Source: Sulfurimonas sp.
GTDB taxonomy: Bacteria > Campylobacterota > Campylobacteria > Campylobacterales > Sulfurimonadaceae
Length of the DNA: 64,000 bases
Assembly: GCF_050296975.1 (NCBI RefSeq)
Contig: NZ_JBNKRX010000036.1
Location: forward strand, 40,019-104,018
Reading direction: 5' to 3'
The notes under the pieces are model-generated. The model searched no databases. It saw only the letters and a program-made list of their open reading frames with translations, and was not told the origin of the DNA. The translations under genes and the position numbers were made by a program. Each line of letters begins with the position of its first letter. The stretch's first letter is position 1. Of the stretch, positions 38,409-49,072 are shown piece after piece.

Positions 38409-39275
38409 ATACTCTTGTGAAGTTTCTTGAAGTTTTTTCTCACATCGCTTAATTGCACTGTTCATTGATTCGTTACTTTGTTTAATAGTTGTGATGATTT
38501 GAAGAGAGAAAACTTTATTTGTTTTTGAAGATTCTAAAATCTTTTTTGTAACAGCAAGTGCGTGATCTTCAGACCATATCAAACAAGTGAGTAAAAAGCT
38601 TGTATCACTCCAACGAGTAAGCATATCATCATCCCGAATCTGTCTTTTTATATCTTGAGCAACACTATAGATAGTATCTTTGTCTTTAGAGTTTACATTG
38701 ATGATACAAAGAGCTATAAGCTTGTCATTAAAAGATGCGGCATCAACGTAACCAGATGATATATTCTCAAAGTAGTTTCTATTGTATGCACCACTACTTT
38801 CATCAAGGTTTGTATTGTTTTCAATCATGAGTGATTTTATAAGATCGGTTGTAATATCATGAAAAAATATCACTTCATATTGGTCTTGCAAGGTATCGAC
38901 TATAACCGAAAAGGCATGAGGTTTAAAGTTGTGATTGAAGATGCTGACAATTCGCTTTGACTCTTCTAACTCCATGATAGCTTGTTGCCATGTTTGGTTG
39001 TCAGAAATTTTTTCAGCATGAAAATAAAAATTGTGTGGTACAAATCTATCTTCTAATCTAGCAAATTCTCTTGTGAAATGTGCTATATCATCAACATGAA
39101 AGAATTTTTGAGCAGCTTGGTTAAAAAGTACAAGTTGATTTTTGTAAAAAACAAACACCAAATCTTTATTTTTGTCTATAAGTGATTTGATAAGAGTTTG
39201 TGCACTCTCATCTAGTGGTAAATCTTTATTTATATCTGACATTTGAAACCTTGTATAAAAACGACCATTATACAA
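38397..39275 (-). CDS. PAS-like plus degenerate GGDEF protein
   Basis: 'LDESSGAYNRNYF'; 'IRDDDMLTRWSDTSF' lacks GGDEF. Confidence 0.7.
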   Translation of the reverse strand: MYNGRFYTRFQMSDINKDLPLDESAQTLIKSLIDKNKDLVFVFYKNQLVLFNQAAQKFFHVDDIAHFTREFARLEDRFVPHNFYFHAEKISDNQTWQQAIMELEESKRIVSIFNHNFKPHAFSVIVDTLQDQYEVIFFHDITTDLIKSLMIENNTNLDESSGAYNRNYFENISSGYVDAASFNDKLIALCIINVNSKDKDTIYSVAQDIKRQIRDDDMLTRWSDTSFLLTCLIWSEDHALAVTKKILESSKTNKVFSLQIITTIKQSNESMNSAIKRCEKKLQETSQEYLII

Positions 39276-39329
39276 AATTTCATAATATCTTGTAAACTTT
39301 TTAAAAAAAAAGTGTAAAAGAGTTAACTT

Positions 39330-40430
39330 TTATACGTTAAATCTAAAGTGCATAACATCACCATCTTGAACAATGTACTCTTTTCCTTCTAAACGCATTT
39401 TTCCAGCTTCTTTTGATTTTGCTTCACCACCACAAGCGATATAATCTTCGTAGCTAATAACTTCTGCACGGATAAAACCTTTTTCAAAGTCGTTGTGAAT
39501 AGCCGCTGCCGCACGTGGAGCTGTTGAGTTTTTACGGATTGTCCAACTTCTTACTTCTTTTACACCTGCAGTAAAGTAGCTCATAAGTCCAAGTTTATCA
39601 AAACCTTTATGGATGATCTGCTCTAGACCTGATTCTTCAACACCTAGCTCATCTAAGAACTCTTTAGCTTCTTCATCTTCAAGACCAATGAGTTCCTCTT
39701 CAACTTTTGCACACAGTTTTATAAGTTCACAGTTATTTTTAGCGGCATGTTCTTTAAGTGCCTTTACATACTCATTATCTTCTAAAAGACCATCTTCATC
39801 AGTATTTGCACCGTACATAATCTCTTTGTCCGTTAAAAAACGGAGTTCACGTGCAAGTTGTTTGTACTCATCACTATCTGCTTTTGGATAATTACGAGCT
39901 AGGTTACCTTCTCCTAAAAACTCTAAAAGTTCAGTTGCAACATCTACAAGCCCTTGTGCAGATTTATCAGCTTTTGCCTGTTTTTTAAGGCGTTCAATTC
40001 TGTTTGAAAGTACTTCGATATCGGCAAGGATAAGTTCACCTTCAATGATCTCAACATCACGAAGTGGATCGATGCTTCCTTCGTTATGAACAATATTTTC
40101 ATCTTCAAAACATCTAACGATCTGTAAAATTACTTCTGTTTCACGGATGTTTGAGAGAAATTTATTTCCTAAACCTTCCCCTTGAGATGCGCCTTTTACA
40201 AGTCCAGCGATATCTACAAAATCAAGTGTTGAGTATTGGATACGTTCAGGATTAACGATTTTTGCTAACTCTCCAAGACGTTTGTCAGGTACTGGAACAA
40301 CAGCTTTATTTGGCTCGATCGTACAGAAAGGGTAGTTTGCCGCTTCTGCGTTTTGTGCCTTTGTTAAAGCATTGAATGTTGTTGATTTACCTACGTTTGG
40401 AAGTCCTACTAAGCCTATTGCTAATCCCAT
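39330..40430 (-). CDS. ychF: Redox-regulated ATPase YchF
   Basis: 'GLPNVGKST', 'NYPFCTIEPN', 'DIAGLVKGA', 'YIVQDGDVMHFRFNV'. Confidence 0.97.
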   Translation of the reverse strand: MGLAIGLVGLPNVGKSTTFNALTKAQNAEAANYPFCTIEPNKAVVPVPDKRLGELAKIVNPERIQYSTLDFVDIAGLVKGASQGEGLGNKFLSNIRETEVILQIVRCFEDENIVHNEGSIDPLRDVEIIEGELILADIEVLSNRIERLKKQAKADKSAQGLVDVATELLEFLGEGNLARNYPKADSDEYKQLARELRFLTDKEIMYGANTDEDGLLEDNEYVKALKEHAAKNNCELIKLCAKVEEELIGLEDEEAKEFLDELGVEESGLEQIIHKGFDKLGLMSYFTAGVKEVRSWTIRKNSTAPRAAAAIHNDFEKGFIRAEVISYEDYIACGGEAKSKEAGKMRLEGKEYIVQDGDVMHFRFNV

Positions 40431-40523
40431 ATTTTACCTTTAAAAACTTTTTGCGCAATTATAGCTAAGAAAAACTAAAAAAACAGATGCTACAATTGCG
40501 AAAACACTTATAAGGTTTATTTT

Positions 40524-41204
40524 TTGATACTTAACGATAAAAAGCTCATAATATTTGATTTTGACGGTACATTGATAGATAGTGTTCCTGATCTTGCTAA
40601 CTCTATAAACTTTATGCTCTCAAAACTTCGCAGATCAACTCATGATATTGATCTTATTCGTGCATGGGTAGGTAATGGTGCGACTACACTTGTAAAGCGT
40701 TCTTTGATGGGCAAAGGGGAGTTTATTGAAGATGAGATCAATAAAAACCTTTTTGAACAGGCATTACCAATCTTTTTGGAGCATTATGAGACAAACTCTT
40801 GTGTAGAAACATTTTTATATGAGGGTGTTCAAGATACGCTAGAAGTGCTTAAGGGTAGAGGCTTTACAATGGTTATAGTAACAAATAAGCCTTACAAGTT
40901 TATAGCACCTATTTTAAGCTCATTGGGGATTGAAGAATATTTTGATCTTTTGATTGGTGCTGATAGCTTAAAAGAGAAAAAACCATCAGCGGAACCACTC
41001 TTGCATGTCATGAAAGAACTCTCATTTACTAAAGAAGAGACCCTTATGGTTGGAGACTCTAAAAATGATATCATCGCTGCAAAAAATGCGCAGATTGATT
41101 CTGTAGCTGTTAGTTATGGCTATAACTATGGTCAAGATATTGGTTTATATGCTCCAACTATAGTAATTGAAAAGTTTTCAAACATTTTGGAGCATCTAAA
41201 TTAA
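40524..41204 (+). CDS. gph: Phosphoglycolate phosphatase (HAD)
   Basis: 'FDFDGTLIDS', 'KKPSAEPL', 'MVGDSKNDI', 'YGYN'. Confidence 0.88.
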   Translation: MILNDKKLIIFDFDGTLIDSVPDLANSINFMLSKLRRSTHDIDLIRAWVGNGATTLVKRSLMGKGEFIEDEINKNLFEQALPIFLEHYETNSCVETFLYEGVQDTLEVLKGRGFTMVIVTNKPYKFIAPILSSLGIEEYFDLLIGADSLKEKKPSAEPLLHVMKELSFTKEETLMVGDSKNDIIAAKNAQIDSVAVSYGYNYGQDIGLYAPTIVIEKFSNILEHLN

Positions 41205-41207
41205 GAT

Positions 41208-42635
41208 ATGGATCAGAGAAAAAAGATAGCTATTGTTGGTGGTGGAATCGCTGGGAGTTCTGTTGCACTGTATTTAGCAAAAACAGGATTAGATATCACA
41301 CTTTTTGAGAAAGAAAAAACACTTGTAAGTGGTCCTCCAATGTGTCATCTACATGCTGGTGGCAATCTCTATAGAGAGATCGATGACAAGCAGTGTAAAA
41401 TGCTTTTAAAGCAATCGATCGAGCTTTTACGTTTTTACCCGTATGCTATCGATTTTCGTCCAACTGTAATAGCAACCCCAACTATTGATGAATCTTCTGC
41501 GAATGAACTATTGCCACGACTGCAAATGCTACAAACAGAGTATGACAAACTTATACAAGAGGATCAAAATAATAAAGTTTTGGGAGAAAGTTCAGAGTAC
41601 TTCAAACTTTACTCAAAAGAGAATGTTTTAGTTCTGAGAGAAAAAGAGTGTGTAAAACAACCAAAAACTTTAGATGAGTGGATGATTCCCGTTTCAAAAA
41701 ATATAGAACTAGATAAAATCAAGTACCCATTGATCATTGTTCAGGAGTATGGACTCAATGTTTTTAGAATATCTGCTAGTGTAACTTTAAGACTAAAAAC
41801 ACAGAGCAATGTAACACTCAAAAATGGAATAAAAGTTACTGATATTAAAAAATATGAAAACAGCTTTAAAGTCACTTGCGATGATAGTGATAACGAGACT
41901 ATAGAAAATTTTGACTATTTAATTAACGCTGCTGGATTTCGAAGTGGTGAGATCGATGATATGCTTGGAATTAAACGAGATCGTCTTGTTGAATTTAAAG
42001 CAGCATATGTAACAAAATGTGAAAAATATGAGGGGCTTTGGCCGGAGGTTATTTTTCATGGAAAGCGTGGAACTCCACAAGGAATGGCACAATTTACTCC
42101 ATATCCAGATGGGTATTTTCAGCTTCATGGAATGACAAAAGATGTAACGCTTTTTGATAAAGGACTTGTGCGTAGCAATGCATTAAGTGCACAACCAAAA
42201 CTTGATGATATTTTCATTAAAAAGATCGATCAAGGATGGTCTTTTAGCGCGACACAAAGCCGCACACTTGCTGCGATTGAGCACATGGCACAGTATATTC
42301 CAGCATTTAAGAATGCAAAAGTTGCATCAAAACCTCTTTATGGTGCACAACAAATTCCTGGAGATGATGCAGAGCTGAGAGCTTCTGAGGTCTCATTTGA
42401 AGGTGAAAGATATGCACGTTGTGAGATTGTCAAAGCTTCTTCAATTTTAACGATGGCAGATGCAATTGTAAAAAGATTGATTCAATTAGATTTTATAGAT
42501 GAAAAATATTATAAACAAAGAGATTTTTCTACCGCAAAACAATCAAAAAAAACGCAGATTGATCACTATGCAGAACAAATATGTAAAGCCAGAGAATATC
42601 CCATTTCATTAGCGTATGTAAATAACTCTTATTAG
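41208..42635 (+). CDS. FAD-dependent oxidoreductase
   Basis: 'IVGGGIAG', 'INAAG'. Confidence 0.8.
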   Translation: MDQRKKIAIVGGGIAGSSVALYLAKTGLDITLFEKEKTLVSGPPMCHLHAGGNLYREIDDKQCKMLLKQSIELLRFYPYAIDFRPTVIATPTIDESSANELLPRLQMLQTEYDKLIQEDQNNKVLGESSEYFKLYSKENVLVLREKECVKQPKTLDEWMIPVSKNIELDKIKYPLIIVQEYGLNVFRISASVTLRLKTQSNVTLKNGIKVTDIKKYENSFKVTCDDSDNETIENFDYLINAAGFRSGEIDDMLGIKRDRLVEFKAAYVTKCEKYEGLWPEVIFHGKRGTPQGMAQFTPYPDGYFQLHGMTKDVTLFDKGLVRSNALSAQPKLDDIFIKKIDQGWSFSATQSRTLAAIEHMAQYIPAFKNAKVASKPLYGAQQIPGDDAELRASEVSFEGERYARCEIVKASSILTMADAIVKRLIQLDFIDEKYYKQRDFSTAKQSKKTQIDHYAEQICKAREYPISLAYVNNSY

Positions 42636-42660
42636 AAAAAAAATTCGATATAATAATTTT

Positions 42661-43575
42661 ATGAAGAAGCTTATAGTATTTATATCATCTCTGCTTTACC
42701 TACTACAAGCACAGGAGTTAATCACACCTATACCAGATAAACTAGATGTTAATCGAGATAAAGTTACACTAGGCAAACAGCTTTATTTTGATACAAGACT
42801 TTCCAAAGACAATAGTTTAAATTGTGCATCATGTCATCAGCTAGAAAATGGCGGTGATGATAATATGAGAGTGTCTATTGGGATTGATGGACGAGAGGGG
42901 ACTATCAATGCACCAACTGTTTATAATGCTACATTTAATTATTATCAATTTTGGAATGGAAGAGCAAAAACACTTCAAGAACAAGCTGCAGGACCCATAG
43001 AAAATCCTATAGAGATGGGGCATAAGTTTGAAATGCTTATTCCTCAACTAAACAAAACAGAGTATAAAGCAAAATTTGAAGCAATTTATCAAGATGGAAT
43101 TACCAAAGAAAATATTACAGATGCTATAGCTGAATATGAAAAAACACTCATTACTCCAAATTCCCCTTTTGATCTTTATTTAAAAGGCAATACAAATGCT
43201 TTAACACAAGATGAATTAGATGGGTATGAACTTTTTAAAACAAAAGGCTGTATTGCATGCCATCATGGGGTAAATATAGGTGGAAATCTTTACAATAAAT
43301 TTGGTATCTATCGTGATAGCAATAGCTTGGATTTGGGAAGGTACAGTGTTACACATAAGGAACGAGATAAATACTATTTTAAAGTTCCATCTTTAAGAAA
43401 TGTGCAAAGAACAGCGCCATATTTTCATGATGGAAGAACTTCAAAGCTTGATGAAGCTGTACGTATCATGGCACAGTATCAATTAGGACGTAAAATAACT
43501 GATGAAGAGGTTAGAAAAATTGTTGCTTTTTTAAAGTCCCTAAACGGAGAACTCCCAAAAGGGATAGAACCATAA
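42661..43575 (+). CDS. Diheme cytochrome c peroxidase family protein
   Basis: Signal peptide, CASCH and CIACH, 'FWNGRA', 'FKVPSLRNV..TAPYFHDG'. Confidence 0.92.
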   Translation: MKKLIVFISSLLYLLQAQELITPIPDKLDVNRDKVTLGKQLYFDTRLSKDNSLNCASCHQLENGGDDNMRVSIGIDGREGTINAPTVYNATFNYYQFWNGRAKTLQEQAAGPIENPIEMGHKFEMLIPQLNKTEYKAKFEAIYQDGITKENITDAIAEYEKTLITPNSPFDLYLKGNTNALTQDELDGYELFKTKGCIACHHGVNIGGNLYNKFGIYRDSNSLDLGRYSVTHKERDKYYFKVPSLRNVQRTAPYFHDGRTSKLDEAVRIMAQYQLGRKITDEEVRKIVAFLKSLNGELPKGIEP

Positions 43576-46434
43576 ATGAAACGAATCGCTAGTATAAACC
43601 CAATTACAATCTTTTTAGTGTTATTTATTACACTGCTCATTTCTCTTTTTTATTATCTGTATCAAATTGAACAAAGTGTAGAAAAATATCATGAAAATCA
43701 TGATAAGTTGATCGCTTTAAGATTTTTGGATAAAGGATTCAATGATTTTGCTTTAGCATCCAATGAGCTGAGTAATTACAACAATCTTAATCATGATATT
43801 GAAACTTTTCGCATTACATTAAGTGAACTATATGAAGCACTATTAATTGACTACAAAGATGTACCATCTTTAAAAAATGATTTGAACAATATTCATATAG
43901 TATTTAGTGCAAAAGTTGAAGAGTTAGAGTATTTTAAATCTTTAAATTCCACTTTGATAGGCGGCTCACACTTTCTTTTTGATCTGCAAAGAAGTATCTC
44001 AGAAGATAAAAATATCTCATCTGATATGAAGAGTTTAGTTAATGAAACACTTTTTTATCTCTTTCAATCAAGTCAAAGTGCATATATAGATAAATCTTTT
44101 ATAGTACAAAAACTAGAAAAAATTAAAAAACTCAATCAAAAAAGACATACTGTTTTGATTGAGAATTTTTATGAACAATCAGAAATTTTGTTAGATACTT
44201 TGAGTGCATATCGAAATACTGCATCAACAGTTAGAAAAAGTTCTTTGGAAAAGAGATTAAGCCATTTACATGATAAATTGGATATTAGATTTCAAAAATA
44301 TCTGTTAGAACAGCAGTTTATTGCAACTTTCTTTTTTGTTTCAACTATTTTTACTCTTATTATTTTTATGCTTCTTTATCTTAAAACACTAAAAAATCAA
44401 AAAGAGTTATTTGCTTTTAAATATGCAGTGCAACATGGTGATAACTCTATTGTGATTACTGATCCAGAAAAAAATATAATTTTTGTGAATGAAGTTTTTG
44501 AAAAAACCACAGGATATAGTAAGAGTGAAGCGCTTGGGAAAAATCCACGCATCTTAAAGTCAGACCTGCAAGAGCCTCAAACGTATGCAGAGATGCATGA
44601 GAGATTAGAACAGGGTAAAAGTTGGGAAGGGGAGTTAATAAACAAACGTAAAGATGGTTCACTATTTTACGAGAGAGCTTCTATAATCCCAATATTTTTA
44701 AATAAAAAACTTATAAACTATATTGCTATCAAGTTGGATATTACACAGTATATTGAACAAAATAAAGTTTTACGACAAGCTGCAAGTGTATATGATAATA
44801 CAGAAGAAGCGATTATTATAGCTGATGTTGAAGGGAATGTAGTCTCAGTAAATAAAGCTTTTAGCGAGATATACGGTTATACAATAGATGATTTATTTGG
44901 TAAAAATTTAAGTACATTACACTCAGGAAAACAAGATCAAAATTTTTACAAACATATGTGGGATGAGATAATTCATAATGATGTCTATAAAGGAAAAATT
45001 ACCAATAAAACTAAAGATGGACAAGAGATACCAGTATGGGTAACTATCAAAGCTGTAAAAGACAAAAACAATCAAGTTGTCAATTATACTGCTGTACAAA
45101 CAGATTTACGAGCAATAGAGAAATCTGAAGCCAAGGCGGATTATCTTGCGTATCATGATCCATTGACTGGATTGTATAACCGTGTTAGTTTTGAAGAATT
45201 TTTAGCACACACTTTGTTGATTGCAAAGAGAGCTCAAAAACAGTTTGCAGTGCTTTTTATAGACCTTGATAGATTTAAAGTAATCAACGATACTTTAGGA
45301 CATGATATAGGTGATAAGGTTCTTGTGAGTGTAACTGAGAGACTAAAAAATATTTTACGTGAGAGTGATTTTATCTCAAGATGGGGTGGGGATGAATTTG
45401 TTGTTATTTTAAATGATGTAATTTCTGAAAGTCTTGTTGCAACAGTTGCAAGAAAAATAATTGAAGGACTTAAAGAGCCTATTTATGTAGAACATCACCA
45501 CTTTATTATCACAGCAAGTATTGGGATATCAATGTACCCAATAAATGGATCAGACACAAAAACTTTAATAAAATATGCAGATAGTGCAATGTATCAAGCA
45601 AAAGATAGAGGAAAAAATAACTTTTATTTTTATACACAACAGTTCTCTTTAGAAACTGAGGAAAAATTAAATCTTGATATAGCACTTCATAGTGCTTTAG
45701 AAAAAAACGAATTTTATATGGTGTTTCAACCGCAATATAGACTCGAAGATAAAAAAGTTGTATCTGTAGAAGCATTAGTGCGTTGGGAAAATGAAACTTT
45801 TGGTTTAGTCCCTCCAGATAAATTTATACCAATAGCCGAAGATAACGGTTATATCATTGACCTTGGGTATTTTATATTTGAGGAGTCTTGTAAAAAGTTT
45901 AAAGAGATGAAAGATGCAGGGATTGCGCTTCAATGGGTTGCTATTAATGTTTCAAGTATACAGTTTAAAGAGGTGAATCTTTTAGAAGCGTTAGTCTCGA
46001 CTGTAAAACGCTATAATATGAAACCATCGGAAGTTGAAATAGAGATAACTGAACGTTTTTTAATGGATAATACTGAAGCAAATATCAGAAAATTACAGGA
46101 GTTTAGAGAGTATGGATTTAAAATATCAATTGATGATTTTGGAACAGGTTACTCTTCAATGTCATATCTAAAACAACTTCCAATAGACACAATTAAGATA
46201 GATAAATCTTTTATCGAAGATATCAACGATGGAAGTTCAGATAATGCTATTATTGAAGCTATTATCGCTCTTTCTAAAACATTAGGATATTCAATTGTTG
46301 CAGAGGGTATTGAAACAACAGATCAAGAATATTTTTTAAAACAACATAAATGTGATTTAGGGCAAGGGTATCTGTTTTCAAAACCAAAAATGTCTGATGA
46401 GATTATTCAGCAGTTTAGAAATGGAGTAGAATGA
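43576..46434 (+). CDS. Membrane sensor with PAS-PAS-GGDEF-EAL (N-terminal helical, DAHL-like periplasmic domain)
   Basis: Two TM, two PAS, intact 'RWGGDEF' and 'VEALVRW...DDFGTGYSS'. Confidence 0.92.
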   Translation: MKRIASINPITIFLVLFITLLISLFYYLYQIEQSVEKYHENHDKLIALRFLDKGFNDFALASNELSNYNNLNHDIETFRITLSELYEALLIDYKDVPSLKNDLNNIHIVFSAKVEELEYFKSLNSTLIGGSHFLFDLQRSISEDKNISSDMKSLVNETLFYLFQSSQSAYIDKSFIVQKLEKIKKLNQKRHTVLIENFYEQSEILLDTLSAYRNTASTVRKSSLEKRLSHLHDKLDIRFQKYLLEQQFIATFFFVSTIFTLIIFMLLYLKTLKNQKELFAFKYAVQHGDNSIVITDPEKNIIFVNEVFEKTTGYSKSEALGKNPRILKSDLQEPQTYAEMHERLEQGKSWEGELINKRKDGSLFYERASIIPIFLNKKLINYIAIKLDITQYIEQNKVLRQAASVYDNTEEAIIIADVEGNVVSVNKAFSEIYGYTIDDLFGKNLSTLHSGKQDQNFYKHMWDEIIHNDVYKGKITNKTKDGQEIPVWVTIKAVKDKNNQVVNYTAVQTDLRAIEKSEAKADYLAYHDPLTGLYNRVSFEEFLAHTLLIAKRAQKQFAVLFIDLDRFKVINDTLGHDIGDKVLVSVTERLKNILRESDFISRWGGDEFVVILNDVISESLVATVARKIIEGLKEPIYVEHHHFIITASIGISMYPINGSDTKTLIKYADSAMYQAKDRGKNNFYFYTQQFSLETEEKLNLDIALHSALEKNEFYMVFQPQYRLEDKKVVSVEALVRWENETFGLVPPDKFIPIAEDNGYIIDLGYFIFEESCKKFKEMKDAGIALQWVAINVSSIQFKEVNLLEALVSTVKRYNMKPSEVEIEITERFLMDNTEANIRKLQEFREYGFKISIDDFGTGYSSMSYLKQLPIDTIKIDKSFIEDINDGSSDNAIIEAIIALSKTLGYSIVAEGIETTDQEYFLKQHKCDLGQGYLFSKPKMSDEIIQQFRNGVE

Positions 46435-48725
46435 AAAATTTAGAAGAAGTATTTCATGCTAAACTTGTAAAGATTGCTTATGAACATTTAAAAGTTTCAT
46501 CTATAGCTATTGCAGTGAATGCTGTATTGTTAGCATATATACTTTATCCATATGTTGATAATACTATTTTAGTGATATGGTTAGTTTTAACTGTATCTGT
46601 AACAATGTATAGATTTTTTCTTGCAAAAAGATATCATAAAGACCCAACTAAAATGACAGCACAACAGTGGGAATACAAGTTTTTAATAGCATTGTTTTTT
46701 TCCAGTGTATTGTGGACAACTATACCAATTTTCTTTTTTGTAGAAGGAAATTACATGGTTCAAGCAGCTGTTTTAATTGTATATGCAGGATTAGCAGCTG
46801 GTGCAGTAAGCTCTTTGGCATCGCTTAAAAAAGCTTTTAGAATGTTCTTACTTGTTCTAATGGTTCCAATAATTATCATTTTATTTCTACAAAATACACA
46901 AGTGCACTTTGCAATGGGACTTTTAGTTTCATTATACCTTGCACTTGTCTTAGTTGTTGGAGAGCGGTTTTATGGAAATTATAGAAGTATTTTAGAAAGT
47001 AAAATGATGTATGAGGAAGAAAAAGAAAAGTTTTCCGTTTCTAGAGAACGTTTTGAAATCTTATTTAAAAGTGCACCAGTTGGATTTTTCTTTTACGATC
47101 AAGATTTTATTATTAGAGAGGTAAATCAAAAATTTGTAGAGTTCCTTGAAGCACCAAAAGAGTTTTTAATAGGACTTAATTTAAAACAAATTCCAGATCA
47201 AAGAATTTTTCCAGCTTTACAATCAGCAATGGATAATATTAATGGTATGTATGAAGGGGAATATAAATCGCAGTATAAGAAAAAACAGATGTATGTTGAT
47301 TTGCAAACTTCTCCTCTTCGCGATACTTCGGGAAAGGTTATAGGTGCGATAGGGATTGTAAATGACATTACAGAAAAAATGCATGCACTTAAACAGATTG
47401 AACATCAAGCGATGTATGATACTCTTACAAATATTCCAAATCGCTTGACACTTATTGAAAGGGTAGAGAGAGAACTTATACGTTTTAAACGCCATAATGT
47501 GATTTTTGCAGTACTTTTTTTAGATTTAGATCATTTTAAAAATATCAATGATTCACTTGGTCATGCAGTAGGTGATAGTCTTTTAAATGAAGTTGCAAGT
47601 AGACTTCAAAGCATTGTCCGTAGTGAAGATACAGTAGCTCGTATAGGTGGGGATGAGTTTGTTATATTACTACCAGATCTTTCTTATGATGAAAAAATGG
47701 CTGCAAATAAAGCGGAGCGTATTGCACTAAAAATATATACTGTTTTTGAAGAACCTTTTTCTATTTTAGACCATCAATTAAGTATCTCTACAAGTATAGG
47801 TATAGCATTAGCTAGTAATGAAGATGAAAATGCAGATGATATACTTAAACATGCAGATATCGCAATGTATCAAGCCAAAAAAGAGGGACGTGCAACAAGT
47901 AGATTTTATCAACAACAGATGGATATATGGATCAAACGAAGACTAGAGCTTGAAAATGGACTACGCAATAGTTTTTACAATAATGAACTACAAGTATATT
48001 ACCAACCAATTGTAGAAGTTCAAAGTGGAAATATTATAGGTGCTGAAGCATTGCTTAGGTGGAACTCTAAAGAGTTTGGAAGTGTATCTCCTGTAGAGTT
48101 TATCCCTGTAGCAGAGGAGAGTGGGCTTATTATTCAAATTGGAGATTTTGTAATGAGAAAAGCATTTTCACAATTTGTCAAATGGAAACAAGAGTGTAAA
48201 GATACTCTAAAGTTAGAAAAAATCGCGATTAATATTAGTGTGCGTCAATTTAGTAGGGTAGATTTTATAGCAAATGTAAAAAATGCAATCAGTATGAGTA
48301 AAATTGAAGCGAACAATATTGAGATGGAGATAGTTGAATCGATCATTATAGATGATTTAGTAAAAGCAAAAGAAAAAATGCAAGAACTGCGTTCATTGGG
48401 CTTACACCTTTCTATAGATGACTTTGGTACTGGATACTCTTCACTCTCTTATCTAAAGCAGTTACCATTTACTACACTTAAAATCGATCGCTCATTTGTA
48501 CAAGATATAGATGTTGATGAAGAAGATAAAGAACTCATTGAGACGATCTTAAATATTGCAAAAAGATTTAATTTGCAAGTAGTTGCTGAGGGGGTTGAAA
48601 CATTGGAACAACTCCGTTTTCTTCAAGAAAAAGAGTGTAATCTGTATCAGGGGTTTTATTGCTCTCCAGCAGTAAGCGCTGAAGAGTTTATGCAGTTATT
48701 GGAAAAACAAAATCCTAATTGTTAG
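46431..48725 (+). CDS. Multi-TM PAS-GGDEF-EAL protein
   Basis: About 5 TM, PAS, 'RIGGDEF', 'AEALLRW', 'DDFGTGYSS'. Confidence 0.92.
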   Translation: MKNLEEVFHAKLVKIAYEHLKVSSIAIAVNAVLLAYILYPYVDNTILVIWLVLTVSVTMYRFFLAKRYHKDPTKMTAQQWEYKFLIALFFSSVLWTTIPIFFFVEGNYMVQAAVLIVYAGLAAGAVSSLASLKKAFRMFLLVLMVPIIIILFLQNTQVHFAMGLLVSLYLALVLVVGERFYGNYRSILESKMMYEEEKEKFSVSRERFEILFKSAPVGFFFYDQDFIIREVNQKFVEFLEAPKEFLIGLNLKQIPDQRIFPALQSAMDNINGMYEGEYKSQYKKKQMYVDLQTSPLRDTSGKVIGAIGIVNDITEKMHALKQIEHQAMYDTLTNIPNRLTLIERVERELIRFKRHNVIFAVLFLDLDHFKNINDSLGHAVGDSLLNEVASRLQSIVRSEDTVARIGGDEFVILLPDLSYDEKMAANKAERIALKIYTVFEEPFSILDHQLSISTSIGIALASNEDENADDILKHADIAMYQAKKEGRATSRFYQQQMDIWIKRRLELENGLRNSFYNNELQVYYQPIVEVQSGNIIGAEALLRWNSKEFGSVSPVEFIPVAEESGLIIQIGDFVMRKAFSQFVKWKQECKDTLKLEKIAINISVRQFSRVDFIANVKNAISMSKIEANNIEMEIVESIIIDDLVKAKEKMQELRSLGLHLSIDDFGTGYSSLSYLKQLPFTTLKIDRSFVQDIDVDEEDKELIETILNIAKRFNLQVVAEGVETLEQLRFLQEKECNLYQGFYCSPAVSAEEFMQLLEKQNPNC

Positions 48726-49029
48726 AACTATCTGATGGAGGTGTCCTTCCATTTTGTCCATCAGGACCACCACCAGGACCACCTTCAGGTTTTTCATACC
48801 CTTTTGCACTCATACACTCATCAACTGCTTTGTGATCAGGATGAGAATCTTTGGTAGCTCCAAGTGAATCAAAACACTCTTGAAGCGCAGTTTCTATCTC
48901 TTGACGAGAGGGTCTGTTATCTGTCTTTGAACTATTTGCTGCTTCTACGGTAGAGATGAGCAAAAATAATGAAAAAACTATGTGGAAAAACTTCATAAAA
49001 ATATACCTTTCTTTGATTAAGATATACAA
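48715..49029 (-). CDS. Small secreted protein with two Cys and a Gly/Pro-rich tail
   Basis: Signal peptide (probable start MKFF), 'ALQECF...DECMSAKGY', 'GGPGGGPDG'. Confidence 0.7.
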   Translation of the reverse strand: MYILIKERYIFMKFFHIVFSLFLLISTVEAANSSKTDNRPSRQEIETALQECFDSLGATKDSHPDHKAVDECMSAKGYEKPEGGPGGGPDGQNGRTPPSDSSNN

Positions 49030-49072
49030 TGATAAATGAAAATAAGTAATTTTTTAGTAACAAGGATTGAAG

